Virus record (IMG/VR): IMGVR_UViG_3300022177_000073
Span: 1 to 48,683 of that record
DNA: 48,683 nucleotides
From: a virus
Lineage: Duplodnaviria > Caudoviricetes
Direction: 5' to 3' (one strand)
In this document: one piece after another, positions 35,663-43,844 of the stretch
How the letters are laid out: each line of letters begins with the position of its first letter
Numbering within the stretch: the first letter of the stretch is position 1
Notes under the pieces: model-generated
The model's input: the letters and a program-made list of their open reading frames with translations, nothing else
Databases searched by the model: none
Told to the model about the DNA's origin: nothing
Position numbers and translations under genes: made by a program

Positions 35663-36000
35663 GCGTACTTTCAGATATCAATACGGCTTTGGAGTCCTTG
35701 TGCATTCCTTTGGAAACAGGAGTGTTTCACGAGGAGGCTCCGGATAAATATATCGTGGTAGTGCCTATGGCAGACAGCTTTGAACTTCATGCTGACAATA
35801 CTCCCGGATGTGATATCCAGGAGGCACGAATTTCCCTGTATGCCAAAGGCAGTTATACCAAAGAGAAAAATGCAATCGTCCGTGCCTTGCTTGGCATGGA
35901 TTTTACAATAACTGACCGAAGATACATCGGTTATGAAACAGAAACAGGCTACTTCCATTACAACGTGGATGTGGCAAAACATTATGAAATGGAGGAATAA
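35659..36000 (+). CDS. Putative tail terminator / completion protein
   Basis: Position before the major tail gene; GYETETGYFH C-terminus. Confidence 0.65.
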   Translation: MSVLSDINTALESLCIPLETGVFHEEAPDKYIVVVPMADSFELHADNTPGCDIQEARISLYAKGSYTKEKNAIVRALLGMDFTITDRRYIGYETETGYFHYNVDVAKHYEMEE

Positions 36001-36003
36001 TCA

Positions 36004-36600
36004 ATGGCTACTATTGGTCTTGACAAACTGTATTATGCCAAAATCACCGAAGATGAAAACGGCAATGAAACCTACGCTTCTCCGGTGCAGATGGCAAAGG
36101 CGATGACCGCCGACCTCTCCGTGGAACTTGCAGAGGCAACCCTTTATGCCGATGACGGTGCATCTGAAATCGTCAAGGAATTCAAGTCCGGCACCCTTTC
36201 TTTGGGTGTGGATGATATCGGTGCCTCTGTCGCCTCTGACCTTACGGGTGCGACCATCGATGCCAACGGTGTAGTGGTGTCTACAAGTGAAGATGGCGGC
36301 GAGCCTGTGGCTGTGGGTTTCCGTGCGAAGAAATCCAACGGCAAGTACAAGTATTACTGGCTTTACCGTGTGAAGTTCGGCATCCCTGCTACGAACCTTG
36401 CTACCAAGGGTGACAGTATTACTTTCTCTACACCTACTATTGAGGGTACGATTCTTCGCCGCAACAAAGTGGACGGCAAGGGCAAGCATCCTTGGAAGGC
36501 AGAGGTCACGGAAGGTGATGCTGCCGTAACTTCGGAAATTATCAAAAACTGGTATCAGGAAGTATATGAACCTTCCTATGCTACGGAAACGGCTGAGTAA
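36004..36600 (+). CDS. Major tail protein (phi13-like family)
   Basis: IGLDKLYYA, LYADDG, VAVGFRA, YWLYRVKF. Confidence 0.9.
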   Translation: MATIGLDKLYYAKITEDENGNETYASPVQMAKAMTADLSVELAEATLYADDGASEIVKEFKSGTLSLGVDDIGASVASDLTGATIDANGVVVSTSEDGGEPVAVGFRAKKSNGKYKYYWLYRVKFGIPATNLATKGDSITFSTPTIEGTILRRNKVDGKGKHPWKAEVTEGDAAVTSEIIKNWYQEVYEPSYATETAE

Positions 36601-36616
36601 GGAGGATATATGACAC

Positions 36617-37000
36617 ATGGATAAAGAACGCTCTGCAATTATCAATATCGGCGGTGATGAGTATTTACTGCTTCTCACTACCAAAGCTACCAAGGAAATC
36701 GCAGGACGCTACGGCGGTTTGGAGAACCTTGGCGACAAGCTGATGAAATCCGAGAATTTCGAGATGGCTATTGGCGAAATCGTGTGGCTGATTACCCTTT
36801 TGGCTAACCAGTCCATCCTTGTTCACAATCTGAAAAATAAGGACAACAAGAAGGATATTCTCACAGAGGAAATGGTAGAACTTCTGACCACACCTTTGGA
36901 TTTGGCAGATTACAAGGTTGCCATTACCGAGGCTCTGTATAAGGGCACCAAGCGAAACATTCAAAGTGAGGATAACTCAAAAAACGCAGCGGTCGAGTAA
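36617..37000 (+). CDS. Tail assembly chaperone (gpG analogue)
   Basis: Lies between the major tail and tape measure genes; ends just after a slippery site. Confidence 0.8.
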   Translation: MDKERSAIINIGGDEYLLLLTTKATKEIAGRYGGLENLGDKLMKSENFEMAIGEIVWLITLLANQSILVHNLKNKDNKKDILTEEMVELLTTPLDLADYKVAITEALYKGTKRNIQSEDNSKNAAVE

Positions 37001-37188
37001 GTGACGAAGAGTTATTTACTCGACTTTTATATTACGGCATCAGTCAGCTTCATCTGTCAATGGATGAGGTATGGCTGATGCCGTTTGGCTTGCTGTTGGA
37101 TTTGTGGGAATGCCACAAGCAGTACACGGGTGCAGCGAAACCGAAACGAGAGTATTTCATTGACGATATCATTCCGGACGGAATTTAA
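36979..37188 (+). CDS. -1 frameshift extension of the tail chaperone (gpGT analogue); absent from the ORF track
   Basis: A AAA AAC at 36979-36985; the -1 frame reads RSGRVSDEELFTRLLYYGISQLHLSMDEVWLMPFGLLLDLWECHKQY...IIPDGI to TAA at 37186-37188. Confidence 0.8.
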   Translation, partial: KKRSGRVSDEELFTRLLYYGISQLHLSMDEVWLMPFGLLLDLWECHKQYTGAAKPKREYFIDDIIPDGI

Positions 37189-37200
37189 GGAGGTGGTTTG

Positions 37201-39756
37201 ATGGCGGATGATTTTGGTCTGAAGATTGGCCTTGAAGGCGAAAAAGAATTTAAGAAAGCGTTGTCCGAAATCAACCAGTCCTTTAAGGTTCTGGGGTCGG
37301 AGATGAAGGTTGTCACTTCTCAGTTCGACAAAAACGATAATTCCGTGCAGGCACTGACTGCAAGAAACCAGGTGCTGAATAAGGAAATTGAAGCACAGAA
37401 ACAGAAAATCGAAACCTTACGGCAGGCACTTGCCAATGCATCCGAGTCTTTTGGCGAAAATGACCGAAGAACACAGCAGTGGCAGATTCAGCTTAATAAC
37501 GCTACGGCGGCGCTCAATGATATGGAGCGTGAACTTGACCGTAATAATACGGCTTTGGATGAAGCGGAGCGTGAGATGGATGATGCCGCCGACGCTGCGG
37601 ATGATCTGGAAGAAGAAATCGAAGATGCCGGAGATGCTGCCGATGATTCCGAGGGCAAATTCTCAAAACTTGGCGGGACATTAAAAGCTGTTGGTGTGGC
37701 AATGGGTGCGGTGGTCACGGCTGCCGCTGCCGCCGCCGTTTCACTCGGAAAAGCAGTGGTAGAAGCCTATGGAGAGTATGAGCAGTTAGTCGGTGGTATC
37801 GATACGCTGTTTAAAGACTCATCTGCCTCTTTGCAGGAATACGCCAATAATGCCTACAAGACGGCGGGTATGTCGGCAAATGACTATATGTCCACGGTCA
37901 CATCTTTTTCCGCCTCTCTGATTTCTTCCCTTGGGGGCGATACTGAGGCAGCAGTGAAGTATGCGGATATGGCCATTACTGATATGGCGGATAACGCCAA
38001 TAAGATGGGTACAGACATATCCCTCATTCAGAATGCCTACCAGGGATTTGCCAAGCAAAACTATACGATGCTTGACAATCTGAAACTTGGTTACGGCGGT
38101 ACCAAGACCGAAATGGAACGTTTGCTTGCTGATGCGCAGGCTATTTCCGGTATTGAATATGACATCAGTTCCTATGCGGATGTGGTGGAGGCTATCCACG
38201 TTATCCAGGAAAGTATGGGTGTGGCAGGTGCAACGGCAGCAGAAGCCGAGCATACCATCGAAGGTTCTATGAACGCCATGAAGGCGGCAATCGATAACCT
38301 TATCGTTGGCTTTGGTAATGCAGATGCCAACATTGAAATGCTCTGCAACAATGTGGTGGATGCGTTCCAGGATGTGCTGACCAATATTACTCCGGTCATT
38401 GAGAATATTATCTCGGCACTGCCAACGGCTCTGAACGCACTGCTCTCGACCGTAGGAGAATTACTGCCGACCTTATTGGATACGGTGGTTGACCTGTTCT
38501 CTCAAGTGTTGAATACCATACTGACTATGTTGCCGGAACTTATCCCTGTGGTCATTGATGCGTTAATGACTATTGTAAATACGCTGATAGAAAATCTGCC
38601 TCTGCTCATCGATGCCGCCATTCAGATAGTGATGTCTTTGGTACAGGGCATTGGAGAGGCTCTGCCTACATTGATTCCAACGGCAGTGCAGGCGGTTATT
38701 ACCATTGTGCAGAGTCTGATTGACAGTCTGCCGATGATACTTGATGCGGCCTTGCAGCTTATCATGGGTCTTGCAGAAGGTCTGCTTACAGCCATTCCGG
38801 TGCTGATTGAGGCACTGCCGTCCATTATACTTGCCATTGTGGATTTTGTGATTGGAGCAATCCCTCAAATCATAGACGCAGGCGTTCAGCTTCTGACCTC
38901 ATTGGTTTCTGCATTGCCGGAAATCATCGTGGCAATCGTGGAGGCTATCCCGCAGATTATTGAGGAAATTATCACAGCGGTGCTTGGTTCGATTCCGCAG
39001 ATTATCCAGGCAGGCATAGACCTTTTAGTGGCACTTATCCAGGCACTGCCGGAAATCATCACAACCATTGTAGCTGCAATTCCTGAAATTATCGGTTCTG
39101 TAGTCAATGCACTCATTAACAGCATTCCGCAAATTGTACAGGCTGGTATTACTTTGCTGACTTCACTGATTAAGAACCTGCCAACTATTATCGTGACAAT
39201 CGTGAAGGCTGTGCCTCAGATTATTTCCGGACTTGTGAATGCCTTAAGCAAAGGCGTATCCCAAATGGCGCAGGTCGGCGGTAACCTTGTCAAAGGTTTG
39301 TGGCAGGGCATCCAGTCCCTTGCATCCTGGCTTTGGAACAAGGTATCCGGTTGGATTTCTTCTATCTGGGACGGTATCTGTGATTTCTTCGGCATCCATT
39401 CGCCTTCGGATGAGATGGCATGGATTGGTGAGATGTTGGTGGAAGGCTTGGCAGGTGCTATCAATACCAGTGGTAAAGATGCCGTTGCAGCCGCTGAAGG
39501 CATGAGCCAGGACATCAATGATGTGATGCAGAGTCTTGCGGATGATATGACAACGGCACTGCCTACGGATTTCAATGTGAACGGTACGGTAAATCGAAAT
39601 GACACCATTTCCGGTATGGGAACGGGTTATGGTGCGCTGATTACCATTCAGCAGATGATTGTAAGAAGCGAAGAGGATATCCGTAAGATTTCCCAGGAAC
39701 TTTACAACTTGATTCAGAGTGGCTCCCGTGCACAGGGACATTTCACTACGGCATAA
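37201..39756 (+). CDS. Tape measure protein
   Basis: N-terminal coiled coil, LP/IP-QII amphipathic repeats, FGIHSPS motif. Confidence 0.92.
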   Translation: MADDFGLKIGLEGEKEFKKALSEINQSFKVLGSEMKVVTSQFDKNDNSVQALTARNQVLNKEIEAQKQKIETLRQALANASESFGENDRRTQQWQIQLNNATAALNDMERELDRNNTALDEAEREMDDAADAADDLEEEIEDAGDAADDSEGKFSKLGGTLKAVGVAMGAVVTAAAAAAVSLGKAVVEAYGEYEQLVGGIDTLFKDSSASLQEYANNAYKTAGMSANDYMSTVTSFSASLISSLGGDTEAAVKYADMAITDMADNANKMGTDISLIQNAYQGFAKQNYTMLDNLKLGYGGTKTEMERLLADAQAISGIEYDISSYADVVEAIHVIQESMGVAGATAAEAEHTIEGSMNAMKAAIDNLIVGFGNADANIEMLCNNVVDAFQDVLTNITPVIENIISALPTALNALLSTVGELLPTLLDTVVDLFSQVLNTILTMLPELIPVVIDALMTIVNTLIENLPLLIDAAIQIVMSLVQGIGEALPTLIPTAVQAVITIVQSLIDSLPMILDAALQLIMGLAEGLLTAIPVLIEALPSIILAIVDFVIGAIPQIIDAGVQLLTSLVSALPEIIVAIVEAIPQIIEEIITAVLGSIPQIIQAGIDLLVALIQALPEIITTIVAAIPEIIGSVVNALINSIPQIVQAGITLLTSLIKNLPTIIVTIVKAVPQIISGLVNALSKGVSQMAQVGGNLVKGLWQGIQSLASWLWNKVSGWISSIWDGICDFFGIHSPSDEMAWIGEMLVEGLAGAINTSGKDAVAAAEGMSQDINDVMQSLADDMTTALPTDFNVNGTVNRNDTISGMGTGYGALITIQQMIVRSEEDIRKISQELYNLIQSGSRAQGHFTTA

Positions 39757-39772
39757 AGGAGGGTTTTGACCT

Positions 39773-40549
39773 ATGGGTTTTATTTTTAATGATATTACAT
39801 CGGCAAGCATGGGCATCAAAGCCCGTCTGACTTCCTGGCAGGTGTGTGGTAAACTTCGAAACTTTACCACCACCGTGCCTGGTAAATATGGTGTGGCAGA
39901 TTTCGGAGCCGATTTTGATTACCGTGAAATCAAGATACAGTGCAATATCTATCCGAAACACAGCTTCACAACCTTGGTATCTGCCTTGGATGACATTGCT
40001 GCATGGCTTGACCCTGTGCAGGGACTTCGTCAACTTGTGCTTGATGATGTGCCGGACAGATATTTTATGGCAAGGCTTAATGATGCAGTGGATTGTGAAA
40101 GGCTTATCCGCTCAGCAGGCAGTTTTGAACTGAAGTTTTTCTGTCCTGACCCATTCGGATATGCTATCACGGATGAAACTTTCTCCATTGTGGAGGAAGG
40201 GGTTCACACCATTACAAGAACGATTGGCAACATTGAGTCACTGCCTGTGTATCGCATTAAGGGTGTGATAACCGCAGGTGCAAGCAATTATATCAGCATT
40301 ACCACAAACGGCACGGAAATGAAAATCGTAAATGCCACGCTTTCCGAGGGAGAAACCCTCGTTGTGGATACCGATAAAATGACCGCTTATGTGGTGGATG
40401 AAAACGGCGAAACGCTCCGTAACGGTCTGCCGTATTTGCAGGAATTGAACTTTCCAACACTGGCTGTCGGAGATAACACGGTAACCGTGGAAGTAAGCAA
40501 TGCCACGCTGAACGAATTACAGATTGGGGCCAAGAGCAGATGGAGGTGA
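39773..40549 (+). CDS. Distal tail protein (Dit)
   Basis: VPGKYG, LDDVPDRYFMA, FFCPDPFGY; follows the tape measure gene. Confidence 0.85.
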   Translation: MGFIFNDITSASMGIKARLTSWQVCGKLRNFTTTVPGKYGVADFGADFDYREIKIQCNIYPKHSFTTLVSALDDIAAWLDPVQGLRQLVLDDVPDRYFMARLNDAVDCERLIRSAGSFELKFFCPDPFGYAITDETFSIVEEGVHTITRTIGNIESLPVYRIKGVITAGASNYISITTNGTEMKIVNATLSEGETLVVDTDKMTAYVVDENGETLRNGLPYLQELNFPTLAVGDNTVTVEVSNATLNELQIGAKSRWR

Positions 40550-40553
40550 CGGT

Positions 40554-43079
40554 ATGTCTTTGAAAACAATTCTGAATAAACAGACGGATTTTACGGGAGA
40601 GTTTCCTGCAGAATATGCTGCCTCCGGCTTATGGCGTTTCAATGAATCTGCACCGGATGATAATACGGCTCTTGCCGACTCTTCCGGTTGTGGACGCAAT
40701 TTTACTATCGTGAACTGGTCGGGTACTACGGCAAATCTGTCGAAGAGTCCGAAAGGCAGACAGATTCGTTTTAATATCAATAATCCGACCTCTGAAAAGA
40801 CTCATTTGCAGGTGACCAATGACGGCAGTATTTTTGCAAATCTCGGAGAGCGTATCATCGTGGGTGGTTGGATGTGTCCTACCACCTATTCCGTAGGTAA
40901 TACATTCTGTCCGATTTTCAATACTCGTTACGGTCCGGGACAGCCTATTTTCTATCTGTCTTTGTATTCCGGCAAGCCGAGAATTATGCTTTATAACGCA
41001 TCTGGCAGCCTTATCCTTGATAAGACCGTGACACCGACTTTTACATTAAAGAATGGTGTGTGGTATTTCATTGCCGGAGTTATTGAGCCTACAAGTAAGA
41101 AGTTCACCTATGTGGTGGGTGACCGCTCCACAGGAGAAGTTTGGAAATCTGAGGTTCTGACATTTACGGGAGAACTGAATCGCTCCTGTGTTGCAGATCT
41201 GGTTATTGGTATGCACGCCACTACTTATTATTACGCAGGAGGTTTTGATGAGTGGTTTTTAGACTGCAATTCAACGCTTACCGCAGATGATTTGGTGGAT
41301 TTCTTTCATGCAACCATTCTCTGTAACGGTGCAGACAGTTCTTCGGATGTGGATGCCATTACCGATGCAAGCGGTGTTACTTTGAAAGCAACAAATGGTG
41401 TATATCCGGAAAGTGGTATCCTTTATACCAAGGCGGTAGAATGTAACCTTTCCGGTACAGGCAGAGTGTCTTATACCAGTGAGTATATCGCGGGAACAAC
41501 GGCAGTGGCATCAGTGGAAACCTCCACCAGTGATGACCTCGTAGATTGGAGTGATTGGGTATCCGTCGGAGCAGACGGAAAACTGCAATCTCCGAACCGA
41601 AACTATATCCGTTTCAAAGTAACGCTGACAACTACGGATACTTCAAAAACACCGAAGTTAGTGGATATCCGCCTTTATGATATTCCGAAAGCACCGTATG
41701 AAAAAATCGGCTATGCCCGTCCTGTGGTTCTCGATGATAACGGAGCATGGGAGGCCATTTTGGAAAACGCCTATAACATCATTGTTACAGGCGAAATCAA
41801 TGGCGAGGATACGCTGTCCTTTTCTATTCCGTTCCGTGACGGTAAGCGTAAATACTTGGAAAATGAAAAGAAAATCCAGATTGTTGATGATGTTTATAAG
41901 GTGCGAACTATCACTGATGTGAAGGACACTGCGGGAAATACAGTGACACAAGTGTATGCCGAAGCGGAATTTTACGATTTGACCTTTTCTGTCCGTAAGG
42001 AAGAAAAGAAGTTTGATGCAGAAACGGCGGATGTGGCTATGGCGTATGCTTTGGCTGATACGGAGTGGAGTGTGGGAACGGTTAATGTTACATCAAAGCG
42101 TACCTGGACTTCTACGGAGAAAAATGCTCTTTCCATTCTTCGCAGCATTGCCAATCTCCACGGTGGTGACCTTGTATTTGACTGTCCGAACCGATTGGTG
42201 CATCTGCTTACGGTCAACGGCAAAGACAGTGGTGCCCTGTTTGCATACAAGAAGAATATGAAAAGCATTGAACGAGTGGTGGATACCCGTTCCCTTGTAA
42301 CAAGGCTTTATGCGGTCGGCGCTAACGGCATGACCTTTGCTGATATCAATAATGGAAAAGCGTATCTTGAGGATTTCACTTATTCCAAAGATATCCGCAT
42401 CACTACACTGGATTGTTCTTCTTTTACCAATCCGTATCAGATGAAAGAATACACTGCCATGCGTCTTGCAGAATATTGTAAGCCTTCCGTATCTTATGTG
42501 CTGAATGCGATGGACTTATCTGTTCTGACGGGATACGAACATGAGGCGTGGAACTTAGGTGATTATGTCCGTGTGGAAGATAAGGATTTGGGGCTTTCGG
42601 TCACTACCCGTATCGTGCGTCGTGAGTATAACCTGCAGGAGCCTTGGAATACGGTATTGGAACTTTCCACTACGCTAAAGAACCTGGGCAGTTCGGTGAG
42701 TTCCATTGATACCATTGCCGATGCACTGGAAGGTACAGGAATGGTATCTAATAACGATATCCGAGAACTTGTGCCGTTCAACCATCTGCGAAATTCCCGT
42801 GCTGATGATGGCTTGGCATATTGGGTCAGTTCCGGTTTTGAGGCAGACGGAGAAAACGGTGCATCCGGTACGGCATCTTTCAAGGCAGAGGGTGTTGCCG
42901 GAATGACAAAAAGTCTGTATCAGACTGTGTATCCTTCCAACCGCAGCAGTTATACGCTGTCGGCGCAGATTGCATCGGAAAATCTGGAAAAACTGTCCGA
43001 TGATGCACAGGTCGGCATTGAAGTGGTCATCGAATACGAGGACGGCAGCGCCGAAACCCGATTCATTGACCTTTACTGA
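40554..43079 (+). CDS. Tail spike/Tal-like protein with an N-terminal LamG domain and a partial C-terminal CBM-like domain
   Basis: GLWRFNE...WYFIAG LamG-like region; central EINGEDTLSF...KKNMKSIERVVD...VTRLYAVG...LGDYVRVED tail endopeptidase-like region. Confidence 0.8.
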   Translation: MSLKTILNKQTDFTGEFPAEYAASGLWRFNESAPDDNTALADSSGCGRNFTIVNWSGTTANLSKSPKGRQIRFNINNPTSEKTHLQVTNDGSIFANLGERIIVGGWMCPTTYSVGNTFCPIFNTRYGPGQPIFYLSLYSGKPRIMLYNASGSLILDKTVTPTFTLKNGVWYFIAGVIEPTSKKFTYVVGDRSTGEVWKSEVLTFTGELNRSCVADLVIGMHATTYYYAGGFDEWFLDCNSTLTADDLVDFFHATILCNGADSSSDVDAITDASGVTLKATNGVYPESGILYTKAVECNLSGTGRVSYTSEYIAGTTAVASVETSTSDDLVDWSDWVSVGADGKLQSPNRNYIRFKVTLTTTDTSKTPKLVDIRLYDIPKAPYEKIGYARPVVLDDNGAWEAILENAYNIIVTGEINGEDTLSFSIPFRDGKRKYLENEKKIQIVDDVYKVRTITDVKDTAGNTVTQVYAEAEFYDLTFSVRKEEKKFDAETADVAMAYALADTEWSVGTVNVTSKRTWTSTEKNALSILRSIANLHGGDLVFDCPNRLVHLLTVNGKDSGALFAYKKNMKSIERVVDTRSLVTRLYAVGANGMTFADINNGKAYLEDFTYSKDIRITTLDCSSFTNPYQMKEYTAMRLAEYCKPSVSYVLNAMDLSVLTGYEHEAWNLGDYVRVEDKDLGLSVTTRIVRREYNLQEPWNTVLELSTTLKNLGSSVSSIDTIADALEGTGMVSNNDIRELVPFNHLRNSRADDGLAYWVSSGFEADGENGASGTASFKAEGVAGMTKSLYQTVYPSNRSSYTLSAQIASENLEKLSDDAQVGIEVVIEYEDGSAETRFIDLY

Positions 43080-43090
43080 TGGAGGTGCCT

Positions 43091-43288
43091 ATGGCTTATT
43101 TTTCTAAAACATCGGAGAAGATAACGCCGGAAAGTTACTTCTCTAAAGTGAAATCTATTACCGTGCGTGTGTGCGTGACCAACTGCACAGGCACTTTTTA
43201 TATTACAGACCTTTTGCTGCAGCCTGGTTCTGTAGCCACGGGATGGGTAGGTCATCCCTGTGAAATCAAGTGGGTGCTTGATGGCTAA
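43091..43288 (+). CDS. Small tail-region protein
   Basis: GGAGG RBS; TGTFYITDLLLQPGSVATGW. Confidence 0.7.
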   Translation: MAYFSKTSEKITPESYFSKVKSITVRVCVTNCTGTFYITDLLLQPGSVATGWVGHPCEIKWVLDG

Positions 43289-43844
43289 TCCGGTATTCAT
43301 CCGTTTGGCAGAGGTCATCAACAAAAAGCAGGATATGCGTGTTGTGAGCGTTACCGTGAAGCCTACCATCACGGACTGCTCCGGCACCATTTGGTTTACT
43401 GACCTGCAATTACAGGAAGGACCTGCACTGACAGGCTATGTGCCACATACGGAGAGTCGGCTTAAGGAAGGCTCAAAAGTATGGTTTAACGGCGTGGTTC
43501 GTTCTGCGGAAACAGTGATTGTCTGTAACCTTGGAGAAACCTCCGGCGGGTTGGATATTCATATTTATCCGAAATCTGATATGGCGGCAGGCTCGGTGCA
43601 GCTTTCCCAAGGTGTGGGTGGTCAGAAGGTTAGATTCCCAAATGCACTGGTAGCAGAAGATGATCTGGCGCTCCTTGCTTCGGTGCGAGAATGCACAAAG
43701 AACGGTGTGATAGAGCTGAAAGAAGGATTTTATCAATACAGTGCTGCTTGGGATTCCAAGCATAAGGTTACCTTGGAAGACGGTAAGTCTGCCAGGGTAC
43801 TTTTTGAGTTACAGGAAATGACGGACGGAGGTGTATCGATTTGA
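43281..43844 (+). CDS. Tail-region protein; N-terminus paralogous to the preceding ORF
   Basis: SGTIWFTDLQLQEGPALTGY; overlaps both neighbours. Confidence 0.75.
   Translation: MANPVFIRLAEVINKKQDMRVVSVTVKPTITDCSGTIWFTDLQLQEGPALTGYVPHTESRLKEGSKVWFNGVVRSAETVIVCNLGETSGGLDIHIYPKSDMAAGSVQLSQGVGGQKVRFPNALVAEDDLALLASVRECTKNGVIELKEGFYQYSAAWDSKHKVTLEDGKSARVLFELQEMTDGGVSI

Noticed and set aside
38400-39250. Periodic repeats in the tape measure gene
   Set aside because: Ordinary amphipathic TMP protein repeats, not a DNA repeat array.
43060-43095. Possible frameshift or readthrough joining Tal to the next ORF
   Set aside because: No canonical slippery heptamer, the -1 frame has a stop at 43067, readthrough soon meets another stop, and the next ORF has its own GGAGG RBS.
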